DNA of 64,000 nucleotides from Nemertoderma westbladi (taxonomy: Eukaryota > Animalia > Xenacoelomorpha), in assembly GCA_032718475.1 (NCBI GenBank), contig JAUCBJ010008490.1, positions 65,164-129,163 on the forward strand, written 5' to 3'. Position numbers and translations under genes: made by a program. Below, piece by piece: positions 42,469 through 55,244 of the stretch; the first letter of the stretch is position 1; every line of letters begins with the position of its first letter. The notes under the pieces are model-generated. The model saw only the letters and a program-made list of their open reading frames with translations, ran no database searches and was not told the origin of the DNA.

Positions 42469-45400
42469 CAGTCAGATAGGTATTATTAGAAGGCACACTT
42501 TACATTGAGATAGGTATTATTAGAAGGCACACTTTACATTGAGATAGGTATTATTAGAAGGCACACTTTACATTGAGATCGGTATTATTAGAAGGCACAC
42601 TTTACAGTCAGATAGGTATTATTAGAAGGCACACTTTACAGTCAGATAGGTATTATTAGAAGGCACACTTTACAGTCAGATAGGTATTATTAGAAGGCAC
42701 ACTTTACAGTCAGATAGGTATTATTAGAAGGCACACTTTACAGTCAGATAGGTATTATTAGAAGGCACACTTTACATTGAGATAGGTATTATTAGAAGGC
42801 ACACTTTACATTGAGATAGATATTATTAGAAGGCACACTTTACAGTCAGATAGGTATTATTAGAAGGCACACTTTACATTGAGATAGGTATTATTAGAAG
42901 GCACACTTTACATTGAGATAGGTATTATTAGAAGGCACACTTTACATTGAGATCGGTATTATTAGAAGGCACACTTTACATTGAGATAGGTATTATTAGA
43001 AGGCACACTTTACATTGAGATAGGTATTATTAGAAGGCACACTTTACATTGAGATATGTATTATTAGAAGGCACACTTTACATTGAGATAGGTATTATTA
43101 GAAGGCACACTTTACATTGAGATCGGTATTATTAGAAGGCACACTTTACATTGAGATAGGTATTATTAGAAGGCACACTTTACAGTCAGATAAGTATTAT
43201 TAGAAGGCACACTTTACATTGAGATAGGTATTATTAGAAGGTACACTTTACATTGAGATATGTATTATTAGAAGGTACACTTTACAGTCAGATAGGTATT
43301 ATTAGAAGGCACACTTTACAGTCAGATAGGTATTATTAGAAGGCACACTTTACAGTCAGATAGGTATTATTAGAAGGCACACTTTACAGTCAGATAAGTA
43401 TTATTAGAAGGCACACTTTACATTGAGATAGGTATTATTAGAAGGTACACTTTACATTGAGATATGTATTATTAGAAGGTACACTTTACAGTCAGATAGG
43501 TATTATTAGAAGGCATACTTTACAGTCAGATCGGTATTATTAGAAGGCACACTTTACATTGAGATAGGTATTATTAGAAGGCACACTTTACATTGAGATA
43601 GGTATTATTAGAAGGCACACTTTACATTGAGATAGGTATTATTAGAAGGCACACTTTACATTGAGATAGGTATTATTAGAAGGCACACTTTACATTGAGA
43701 TAGGTATTATTAGAAGGCACACTTTACATTGAGATAGGTATTATTAGAAAGCACACTTTACATTGAGATAGGTATTATTAGAAGGCACACTTTACAGTCA
43801 GATAGGTATTATTAGAAGGCACACTTTACAGTCAGATCGGTATTATTAGAAGGCACACTTTACAGTCAGATAGGTATTATTAGAAGGCACACTTTACATT
43901 GAGATAGGTATTATTAGAAGGCACACTTTACAGTCAGATAGGTATTATTAGAAGGCACACTTTACAGTCAGATAGGTATTATTAGAAGGCACACTTTACA
44001 GTCAGATAGGTATTATTAGAAGGCACACTTTACATTGAGATAGGTATTATTAGAAGGCACACTTTACAATCAGATCGGTATTATTAGAAGGCACACTTTA
44101 CAGTCAGATAGGTATTATTAGAAGGCACACTTTACATTGAGATAGATATTATTAGAAGGCACACTTTACATTGAGATAGGTATTATTAGAAGGCACACTT
44201 TACAGTCAGATAGGTATTATTAGAAGGCACACTTTACATTGAGATAGGTATTATTAGAAGGCACACTTTACATTGAGATAGGTATTATTAGAAAGCACAC
44301 TTTACATTGAGATAGGTATTATTAGAAGGCACACTTTACAGTCAGATAGGTATTATTAGAAGGCACACTTTACAGTCAGATCGGTATTATTAGAAGGCAC
44401 ACTTTACAGTCAGATAGGTATTATTAGAAGGCACACTTTACATTGAGATAGGTATTATTAGAAGGCACACTTTACAGTCAGATAGGTATTATTAGAAGGC
44501 ACACTTTACAGTCAGATAGGTATTATTAGAAGGCACACTTTACAGTCAGATAGGTATTATTAGAAGGCACACTTTACATTGAGATAGGTATTATTAGAAG
44601 GCACACTTTACAATCAGATCGGTATTATTAGAAGGCACACTTTACAGTCAGATAGGTATTATTAGAAGGCACACTTTACATTGAGATAGGTATTATTAGA
44701 AGGCACACTTTACAATCAGATCGGTATTATTAGAAGGCACACTTTACAGTCAGATAGGTATTATTAGAAGGCACACTTTACATTGAGATAGATATTATTA
44801 GAAGGCACACTTTACATTGAGATAGGTATTATTAGAAGGCACACTTTACAGTCAGATAGGTATTATTAGAAGGCACACTTTACATTGAGATAGGTATTAT
44901 TAGAAGGCACACTTTACAGTCAGATAGGTATTATTAGAAGGCACACTTTACAGTCAGATCGGTATTATTAGAAGGCACACTTTACAGTCAGATAGGTATT
45001 ATTAGAAGGCACACTTTACATTGAGATAGGTATTATTAGAAGGCACACTTTACAGTCAGATAGGTATTATTAGAAGGCACACTTTACAGTCAGATAGGTA
45101 TTATTAGAAGGCACACTTTACATTGAGATAGGTATTATTAGAAGGCACACTTTACAGTCAGATCGGTATTATTAGAAGGCACACTTTACAGTCAGATAGG
45201 TATTATTAGAAGGCACACTTTACATTGAGATAGGTATTATTAGAAGGCACACTTTACAGTCAGATAGGTATTATTAGAAGGCACACTTTACATTGAGATA
45301 GGTATTATTAGAAGGCACACTTTACATTGAGATAGGTATTATTAGAAGGCACACTTTACATTGAGATAGGTATTATTAGAAGGCACACTTTACATTGAGA

Positions 45401-45629
45401 TCGGTATTATTAGAAGGCACACTTTACATTGAGATAGGTATTATTAGAAGGCACACTTTACATTGAGATAGGTATTATTAGAAGGCACACTTTACATTGA
45501 GATAGGTATTATTAGAAGGCACACTTTACATTGAGATAGGTATTATTAGAAGGCACACTTTACAGTCAGATAGGTATTATTAGAAGGCACACTTTACATT
45601 GAGATAGGTATTATTAGAAGGCACACTTT
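42469..45629. repeat. Satellite B tandem array, block 1 (34-bp monomer GGTATTATTAGAAGGCACACTTTACA[TTG/GTC]AGATA)
   Basis: Strict 34-bp period, about 93 monomers, two main variants. Confidence 0.98.
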
Positions 45630-45888
45630 TGTCCGGAATATTTCGGAATCCCGGGCATCGAAAATATCACAGACCGAAAGAAAACATGTATTTCTTGCTT
45701 GCTAGTATATTACTCAGTTCGTATATATATCAGTATATGATAGGATAACGTACATACATAAATGTCAGATAACACAAAACTAAAACAGTAAAACTAAAAG
45801 CACAGTGTACTCTACTGCCGTACTGCCTGACTGAACTACCAACTGAAAGCACCCAGCTGATCATCCTAAATACAGTATATTTGGGACA
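45630..45888 (-). repeat. 3' LTR of BEL/Pao (259 bp)
   Basis: Direct repeat of 51799-52057 with 2 substitutions seen; TGGGGCCCAGTG PPT-like tract adjacent on the minus strand. Confidence 0.95.
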
Positions 45889-46013
45889 CACTGGGCCCCA
45901 GAGAAAATACATATTTGCACAACAGATACTTAGCTTCATGGATAAGACAAAACTAGTAAGACACAAATATGTTTACATAGAAATTTGATTAAAAATATCT
46001 TTCAAATATAAAT

Positions 46014-49000
46014 TCAATCGCTTTCACCTTCACTTTCATAGACTTGCATAATTTTACGTCTTGCGTCAATAGCAGCTTTACGTTTCGGTCGAACTACATT
46101 AGCTGTTTCAACAGTAGTTTCGGTCGAAGTCAATGTGGGTGTAGGGTCATGAACATCAGGGCACTCCAAGGGATAAAGACGCTTGATTGGCCTTACACAA
46201 CTACCATTCTTAGTCCTTAATGTCACTGATCGTACATGACCATCTATACCTTTATGTAACTCGATGACCTTTCCTAATGACCACTGCATACGAGGTATCT
46301 TGTCACCAATCAATACAACATCGCCGATATTTGGAGATCGTATAATTTCCTTGGCTGTACCCCGATGAAACTCGCGTAATGTTGACAAATAATCCTTATT
46401 CCACAGACACCATGCTCGATTAAGAATGTTCTCAAGATATTGATGGCGTTCGATTAGCCCCTCTCGAATTCCGAACGGAGGATCATTATTCAGATTGTTA
46501 CTCTCTTCAATATCGACAGGATATCCTGAGATGCGATGTCCGATGAGTAGCATAGAGGGTGTTAAGGGTTCTACTTCCCCAACGTTAGAACTAACATAGG
46601 TTAATGGCCGGTCGTTCATCATTGCTTCAACCTCTGTTGCAATGGTCTGCAGAGCCTCGAAATCGATAATGCGACGTCCTAATGCCCTCTTCAAAATACT
46701 TTTCCCTATTCCGATCAATCGCTCGTAGAGCCCTCCAAACCAAGGAGAATACGGAGGGATGAATTCCCAAGAACAACGTTGTGATAAGAGGTAACTCTGA
46801 ACTGATGATTCACCTTGTAAGTCTCGTAAATCTAGGTCAGCACCAATGAATGTGGTTGAATTGTCACTTATAAAACGCGACGGACATCCTCTACGCGCTA
46901 TAAATCTACGTAGCGCACATAAGAAAGTTTTGACTGAATTGTCCCGTACGACTTCCCAATGGACAGCCCTAGAGGAAGCGCACGTAAAAAGAACAAGGTA
47001 TGCCTTAACAATTTTGTTGCATTCTTCCACTTGTAAAGCGCCTGTATAATCAACACCAGTTGTGTTGAAGGGCCGAGACACCTGGACACGATAGGCAGGT
47101 AAGGGAGGAATGGGAACTGATGAATAAGACGGTCCTTGAACACGAATGCAATTTTTACAACTACGGACTAAGGAGTTTACTCTCTGTCTGATACGAGGAA
47201 TCCACCAGTTTTGTCTAATATGCATGATAGTCTGAGAATCTCCCACATGCATGTGACGATAATGGAAATCCAAGATGATTAAGTCGGTAATCCTATGTTT
47301 AGAAGGCAACAAAATTGGAAATTTCGTGTTCCAATTTAAATCAGCGTAATCAATGCGACCCTTACTACGAATTATATTAGTGTCATCTAAGAAAAGTTGT
47401 AGTTGTTTTACAAGCACTGGTGTTCGTCTACAAACCATGGGCTTATTTCCCTTTGTCGTAAGGAAATCCAAGACTTCAGTGAAAGTCTCACGTTGGATTC
47501 TATGTACCCAATAAGTTTCGGCTGCCTTAATGTCATTAACACCAAGAACAGGAGCAATATTACAATAAGAGCTACCGTGACATTTGAGATTACGGACGAA
47601 TCTCAGAATCCAGGCAGATACTCGTAATAGACGACTGTAGTCGCTATAATCGGCTGGGTTTAAGACATCGGTAATAACATCCCTTTCTCCATCTCCAAGA
47701 ATGCTGGTAATCTTATCGTTGTCGTTCTTCTCAGCATCAATAAGGTTACTAGCAACAGAAGCTATTACCACGGAATTTGGCCAACGGGTACAATCTGGTA
47801 ACCAATCTGGGCCATATTTCCACAAATCAGAAATAATAAACTTGGAATAATTGATACCCCTTGTTAAAAGATCACTTGGATTGTCATTCGTACCCACATG
47901 TTTGAATGTAGTAGTAGGTAGTAATTCTCTAATTTCTAAAACTCGATTACGTACATACGGTTTATCCAGTTTGATTGACTGTAACCAACATAGAGCAATA
48001 GTGCTGTCAGACCATAGGAAAAGACAACCGCATAAAAATTCCTTGTAATAAATATTAGAAACGTAAGTTAATAGTCTAGCTCCAACTAAAATGGCAGTCA
48101 ATTCCAACTGCGGCAAAGTGAGGCTGCCACTGGCTAAACGTTCAACACTCTTAACCGGAGTAACACGTGCCTTGGCTGTTACTAAAGCAGAACCATTGCT
48201 GTTAACCATGTAAACAACGGCACCATAAGCCTTAGTTGATGCATCACAAAAGCAATGAAAATCAGTTTCGTCTGATAGTGACTACATTCTAGGCATGGAG
48301 AAGGCGGATAATAGATTCAAATCACAAACTAATTTTGACCAATCACGAGCCAGATTACTAGGAATGACGTCATCCCATTTCAAATTTAATTTCCAGAGTT
48401 CTTGAATTAGCATTTTAGAACGAATAGTAACCGGAACTAACCACCCATAGGGATCATATATCTTTGGAGCAGAACTAACAACATGGCGTTTTGTCAGTTT
48501 GTCAATGTCAGGAACGTCAATTTTGCGGGTTGGAAAACCTAAGGTGTCTGCATTAATATTCCAATTAATACCAAAAATCAAGGTGTCAGGTTTGTCAGTT
48601 GTAGGACCGTCACCATTCAGTCTAATAATGTTACTCAATTTCGGTGAATTTGTGAACCATTGTCGCAAAGGAAACCCACCTTCCCTTAAAATAGCGCGAC
48701 TTTGAATGTAAAAATCAATAAGTCGATCTTCGGATACCTCTGTATCCTGTAAATTGTCTACATACATATTTTGCAAAATTATTTTTGCAATAGGAGCATT
48801 ACACTGTTTAAGGTGATGTTGAATAGTTGAGTTCAACAAAAATTGGCTGCAGTTTGCACCAAATAAAACCACTTTAAATCTATAAGTCAAAATTGGACTA
48901 TTAAGATCAAATGGATCTTTAGGCCAAAGAAATCTAGTGACGTCACGGTCTATTTCGGCTAACACTATTTGAAAATAAGCCTTTTCAATATCAGAAATAG

Positions 49001-51607
49001 CACAGAAATTATGAATACGAAAACGTAACAATAAATCATACAGTAGTTGATTTGTAGGCGGACCAGTTAACAAACAATCATTTAAACTGACATTGTTTTT
49101 ACCGCTACCAGAAGAACAATCATACACTATACGTAAAGGAGTAGTGGCGGATTGCGGTTTTTCTACACCGTGGTGTGGTATATAGTGCACCAGATTACCG
49201 CTACGAGTGATTCCATTGGATACAAAAATATCATCAACAGGAACTAATTCAATAAAATTTCTAGTTAACTGCTCATTAACTAAGTTATTGTAACAAGTTA
49301 GAAAGTCTGGGTTTCTACGTAATTTATTTAATGTAGATTCTAACCGTTTTCTACATAAACCGTAGTTTAGTGATAAATGGGCGTGGTTTTGTAACCATGG
49401 CAACCTTGTAATGTACATACCATCACTATATTCAATGCTATTATTAAATTCAAGAATAGCTGTTTCGTGATCAAAATTGGTAGCATTCATGTTAATACCA
49501 ATTTCATCTAAACTCCACAAACGTTCTAAACATACAGAAACGTCATTACATTGGAGGCATAATTCACTTGGTTTAACATAGCAATATTCAAAATTATGAT
49601 TTACACTAATGCCAATGTGCATAACAGAAATAACGTTATTTTGTATACGTGCATCAGAAATCTTACCAGAATGTACATTTCCTACTATGATATTACCCAA
49701 ATTGGATGGTAATACATTTACGTCATTTATAACATTATCATTGTAAACAAAATTGAAATACTGATCACTACCAATAAGTAAACAAATATTGGAAATGGAA
49801 TCCCCACGGCAAGGATCCGCTAAACTAAATCCTTGTAATGTAAACCGATCGACGATCGCGGAACGGCCCGGAGTCGACAAACGAGGCAGTCTATCAACTA
49901 AAATAGCGTTTGTTTCCACGAAACCATCTGAGGTTTCAACGTTAAATGAAACTACATCGTACCATTGACACAATCCGTCACTATTAATCCCATCGATACC
50001 GATCCAAATCCGTTCCACAATAGGAAGATGTAATGATTCAGCAGCTTGGCGGAGCAATAGAGTACGTTGCGAGCCTTGATCGAAAAGCGCCCGCAACTTA
50101 TAGGTACGACGATTATTATCGCTAATAACCGGAACTACGGCAGTCGGTAGTAGCGTTGAATGGTTATCGGTAACCAGAGTAGAAAAGGAGACGGAGGCAA
50201 CACTTCCCTTTGAACCACTAGATGCAGTCGGTTGTCGGTTTGTGTCTCTAGAGCTAGATGCTTGGGATTGTAATAACGTGGAACCGTGTAGCACTGTATG
50301 ATGGCGACTGTTACAAACGAAACAATTTTGGGTCGAACACTTCGATAAGTTCGAATGTTCCGGTTTTAAACAGTTGGTACACAGCTTTAATTCATTGACG
50401 CGCTGTGCTTTCTTATCAGGCGTTTTATATATATCGCAGAAACGAACGCTATGCTCACCCTTACACAGGAAGCATTTTATCGGCCTTATAGGTCTATTAG
50501 TGAACGTCTTCGATGATGGAGATGAGACGGAGAACGAACCGGCGGTTCCGCCTCTGACGTCTTCCGGAGAAAACCTCTTCTTGTCGACCCAACCTCCCTT
50601 TCCCTTCGAAGAAATTGTTGGCTGGGATTCTAGCGAAGTTAACTGCTCGATCTCCTCTTGAAGAGCTTTACGTGGTTCGTCAAGGGTCCAATATGAAGTT
50701 CGAGCCGCACGATTAATGTTATCTCGGATTTTGGCGGGAAGTTTCCTCAACAAAATTTCAGAATAGACATATCCCGCCTCTTCCACATTACCACCGAGAT
50801 TCCTAATGCCACGTATCTGAGCCTCGTACATAGCTCGGAACGCAGCAAGTTCCCGAGATGACACACCCGGGGACTCCAAATCTAGAAGTAGATGTAAACG
50901 CAACCGCATAATTAATTGCGGTTTACCGAACGATTCGCGTAGTAACTGGACAGATTCCTCGTAATCTTCGTTCGATCTTTGGAAGTTGTCGACTAGTCTG
51001 GCAGCATCTCCGCTGAGCTGCCCTTCTAGGTAGGAAAACTTCGTCGCCCCAGCTAAATCAGAACGGCTATGAACGGCGTCGTTAAATCTATCCCAAAAGT
51101 TAGTCCAGTCGACTGGATTGCCACTGAAAACCGGAAGCTTTAATACCGGAAGCTTCTGAGTTTTATGAGGGTTTGTAGAGGACGCACCTGATGTATTATG
51201 ATTGTGAAGATGTTGTGGTTGGCCCATATCATCGAATTGACCATGATAATCACCAGAATTGAAACGATTGTTGTTCTCTCTAATTCGTATGAACTTCTCA
51301 CAACTATTGTGGAAGAAATTCGCATATCGTCCTTGGAATTCGTTTCTATATCCGCAGCAATGACGTCAGCCTCGACAATATGAGAATATATTTCCTCGTT
51401 GACAACGTTCAACTTCGATTGTTGAACTCGAAGAGCCTCGATAACATCCCGGATCGTGTCGACATCCGGATCGGTTACAAACTCCCTAGTGGCTGCGTCA
51501 ACATAGATTAAACCATCGAGTTGAGTCATTAGTCGAGACGCTACCGACTTGTGACCTCGTCGCTTATTTTTCAGGTGTCGTAAGGTGTCAGCATCCATGT
51601 CCATCAC
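46014..51607 (-). pseudogene. BEL/Pao gag-pol polyprotein with one frameshift and one in-frame stop
   Basis: KLPVFSGNPVDW, CFLC..H..C / CTNC..H..C / CFVC..HH..LH knuckles, ALFDQGS protease, YVDN RT, FCDASTKAYGAVVY RNase H, DYTG/SDN/YERLIG integrase. Frameshift at ~51300; TAG at 48282-48284. Confidence 0.95.
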
Positions 51608-51778
51608 GCTATTACGTTGCCGTTAAATCGGGATCCGTTGACCCAATAGGCAAGCCTGATTGCTGACTACTGGACTAGCAGACAAGTCTGCTACTGCTAG
51701 TGCTGCGGTAAAACGATTAGGCTCTACCGGTATTACCGGTAAGAGTTATTATTGTCAGGACGACAATTTCCGGGCGAG

Positions 51779-51796
51779 TCCCGGGTCACCGCACCA
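51779..51796 (-). promoter_or_regulatory. Primer-binding site, tRNA-His-like
   Basis: TGGTGCGGTGACCCGGGA, 2 nt inside the 5' LTR boundary; resembles the tRNA-His PBS TGGTGCCGTGAC. Confidence 0.65.
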
Positions 51797-51798
51797 AA

Positions 51799-52057
51799 TG
51801 TCCGGAATATTTCGGAATCCCGGACATCGAAAATATCACAGACCGAAAGAAAACATGTATTTCTTGCTTGCTAGTATATTACTCAGTTCGTATATATATC
51901 AGTATATGATAGGATAACGTACATACATAAATGTCAGATAACACAAAACTAAAACAGTAAAACTAAAAGCACAGTGTACTCTACTGTCGTACTGCCTGAC
52001 TGAACTACCAACTGAAAGCACCCAGCTGATCATCCTAAATACAGTATATTTGGGACA
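51799..52057 (-). repeat. 5' LTR of BEL/Pao (259 bp)
   Basis: Direct repeat of 45630-45888. Confidence 0.95.
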
Positions 52058-52534
52058 ACTTTACATTGAGATAGGTATTATTAGAAGGCACACTTTACAT
52101 TGAGATAGGTATTATTAGAAGGCACACTTTACATTGAGATCGGTATTATTAGAAGGCACACTTTACAGTCAGATAAGTATTATTAGAAGGCACACTTTAG
52201 TGAGACCGGTATTATTAGAAGGCACACTTTACAGTCAGATAAGTATTATTAGAAGGCACACTTTAGTGAGACCGGTATTATTAGAAGGCACACTTTACAG
52301 TCAGATAAGTATTATTAGAAGGCACACTTTAGTGAGACCGGTATTATTAGAAGGCACACTTTACAGTCAGATAAGTATTATTAGAAGGCACACTTTAGTG
52401 AGACCGGTATTATTAGAAGGCACACTTTACATTGAGATAGGTATTATTAGAAGGCACACTTTACAGTCAGATAGGTATCATTAGAAGGCACACTTTACAT
52501 TGAGATAGGTATTATTAGAAGGCACACTTTACAT
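52058..52534. repeat. Satellite B, block 2
   Basis: 34-bp monomers, including a local 68-bp dimer with the TTAGTGAGACC variant. Confidence 0.96.
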
Positions 52535-53034
52535 CAGTGGCGTGGTGGGACCCAGTATGGGGCCCGTGAAATCCCAAAAAAAGGGCCCATTCATAAATGC
52601 TAGATCACCTGGAATTTTGACGAACAAACCCTAACGCACAAAATATTTTATAGAAAAAGGCTTTTATAAAGTTTTGAAGAAACAAATATAATAGCACAGT
52701 TAATCATAATAATACTGTATAAGAAGTGATATAGGGCCGTACACAATATATTTATTTAAACTTTTTACTTTCTACCGCGAAGTTTCGATTTAGTTATAGT
52801 TGTTGCAAAGGCTTCAAAATGTAGAGCTTCCTTCGTCAAGTTTTTCAATATAACAGCTGTAGTTCAATTTCATCGGTCCAAGACCTGTTTAATTTCATCA
52901 GGAGAATGCTTCCAAATGTTAGTGAGATTGCATGAAACTTGAAATAGAGGTAGAATAATTTTTAGCAACAAGCGTTTAAAAAATGTCGATATTGCACCAG
53001 TTACTACACCATATACCATAGTTATTACACCATA

Positions 53035-53300
53035 AAAGTAAATTTTCTTCGGCCGCTAGGCCAGGGATTACGCACAAAGTCTGACGACTTATTTCCAGTG
53101 CGGTCCCCCCAAAACTTTACTCCCCAGAGGAAACTCCAGTACTCATTTAGCTACCACTTAAGGATGCAAAGCAGAGATGCGCCCTGGCTGGTCCCTTTAA
53201 AGCATTCGTGCTGAAACGAAAACTGCCCTGGCCCATGTGAGGATTGAACCCACGACCTACAGGAGATGTGAATTCAATGCAACCACTACACCAAGGTGGA
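53035..53300 (-). mobile_element. tRNA-derived SINE nested in the hAT element
   Basis: Minus-strand A box TGGTGTAGTGG (53283-53293) and B box GGTTCAATCC (53241-53250); TTTACTTT tail; candidate TSD ACCATA (53029-53034 and 53301-53306). Confidence 0.75.
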
Positions 53301-53568
53301 ACCATACACCGCAGTTATTCATTGTCTGCCTTATCTGCTTATAGTAACATTCGTTGTAAAGGGTCAACATTTACTTTTGAACCCAGAAAACGTTTATAGG
53401 CAATAAAATAAAAAACCAAAAGGTAATACAACGTTGTTGCGCGGGTGTAGCCTACATGTATTTTACACATTATTGTGTGGTATTGTCAAATATTTTACAA
53501 TAGTTTTTGAGTATTCAAAAAAATCAAGTCTCCCCTAAAATCAAGTCTCCCTCACTCTCCCTAGTGAA

Positions 53569-54082
53569 GGAAAGCTGATGGAGAAAAGGATTCAAAATAT
53601 GTAGAATTTCGTTGAAAAATGGCTGAGATATGAGCGTTCAATAATGTTGCATAGTGTTGCACCTCTACGAGGCTATTTTATTATATTCTAATTAAGCCAT
53701 GGGACTGGGAGTGGCACAATAAAACACGATAAAGAGAATAAATAATAAATTAAATTAAAAGCACCGTCACTTAGATATACTGAAGTAGAGTTAATGAATC
53801 CGGTGGAGATTCTATTTAATAATTACATCATATTCTGGAACATTTTGTTAAAGTATGAATAGCTACGTAATAGTATGATTAAAAAGGTAATGATTGCATT
53901 GTTGTACAGCTATGTATTGGACAAACAAAATGTTCCAGAATATGGTGTTTTTATTTAAATAGAATAAAATTACCTCACGCAGATGCAAAACTATGTAACT
54001 TTCTAACGCTCATATTTCGGCTATTCTTCAACGAAATTCAGATTGTGTTACATATTTGGGATCATTCCATGATCAGCTTTCC
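53569..54082. repeat. Degenerate long inverted repeat (foldback/MITE-like)
   Basis: Outer arms GGAAAGCTGAT...GAATTTCGTTGAA...ATATGAGCGTT versus their reverse complement at ~53960-54082; inner perfect 21-bp IR at 53829-53849 / 53924-53944. Confidence 0.75.
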
Positions 54083-55244
54083 ATCCTTACAAACACATCA
54101 CAATAACGTTGAAGAATAACTGCGGTATAACTGGTGCAATAACGACCGAGGCACCTTTTTGAAACGCTTTTAGCTAAAAAATGAGAACAAAAATAAAAAT
54201 TCTGACTAAGATTTGTTTAAAAAAATGTGTGCTTGGGGGGGGGGGGGGGGGTGGGGTCATGTAGCTGAACGACACTATATATTCCAGGAAATGGTGTACT
54301 ACTATATTGTAAACAGGTAGGTGTATAACATTGAGTGTAATATGAAGACTGACAGGACTTTGGGAATTAACAGTTATTACATAGTGTATAGATGATAGAA
54401 ATGCTAACGCTGGTGAATGCCTACCATTTCATCCGTTCAGTTATTACATAGGTATATCCAATGACTTTTGGACAAACTGACCAATCAGACAACACGTTGA
54501 CCAGCGTTCTCAGACAGATAAGATTACATCATGTTTATTATATTAGAGTACCTACCTATGTACCTCTATTTCATGGGAGATGACTGGTATATTGAACTTT
54601 GGTAGATGGTCAGCTCAGGTGAAACGAATGCATTCCCAACTGTTATATGTACATACACAGCACAGAGCATTATAGGGGAAGAGGGCGCCCCACTACGGTA
54701 GGCAATTAGGCTCCCTTTTCCTATTAACAACTCAATATTTACAGACTACTGCTAAAGAAAGGCTGGCCATTATTGGGTAATGAATGAGGCAGGGTATAGA
54801 ACAGGTGTAAATGGAGTACGTCTCCATCGTGATTTCTATCTGGTCTGGCGGGCTGGCACTAATGTAACTTCAACACAGTTTGCCTTGTCTGACGCCTGAG
54901 GGGACTTTTTCAATATAGAATAATACTGGTATGTGCCCCTACCAACGTTTACTACCCCCCCCCCCCCCACCCCCCTCCCCCCTCATCCTATCAAACCCTC
55001 TTAGATTAGTGCTGTGCATGCTAACTGCGACGCGACATGAAACCTTTATAGCTATTGTTTTGGTTTCGTTGCTTAAATTTTATTGGAAATATGTAATACT
55101 ATAACTATAATTATAACTATATATAATAACTATAATTTTTTATAACATCAATATAATTTTATGACCCTGAGGGGTCCTGGGGGCCCTGATCGTCAAGGGG
55201 GCCCGGGAATTTTCCCGAATAGATGTATGGCCACCACGCCTCTG

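Larger units (their letters stand above)
45630..52057 (-). mobile_element. BEL/Pao LTR retrotransposon, full length (6428 bp)
   Basis: 259-bp LTRs TGTCC...GGACA; 5-bp TSD ACTTT (45625-45629 and 52058-52062); PBS, triple zinc-knuckle Gag and Pao-type pol on the minus strand. Confidence 0.97.
52535..55244. mobile_element. Non-autonomous hAT-like DNA transposon (2710 bp)
   Basis: TIRs CAGTGGCGTGGTGG / CCACCACGCCTCTG (13/14 match); 8-bp TSD CTTTACAT (52527-52534 and 55245-55252); subterminal GGGCCC motifs at both ends; no ORF. Confidence 0.9.

Noticed and set aside
45730-45966. Small ORFs overlapping the BEL LTRs (also 51660-51917)
   Set aside because: Span LTR boundaries and have no domain features.
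52134-52484. 116-aa repetitive ORF in SatB
   Set aside because: Translation of a local satellite dimer; no coding evidence.
52750-52900. Possible remnant of a hAT transposase C-terminus on the minus strand
   Set aside because: Too degenerate to support by eye; needs BLASTx.
53230-53300. Functional tRNA gene
   Set aside because: Has A and B boxes but no convincing cloverleaf; followed by a SINE-like body and tail.
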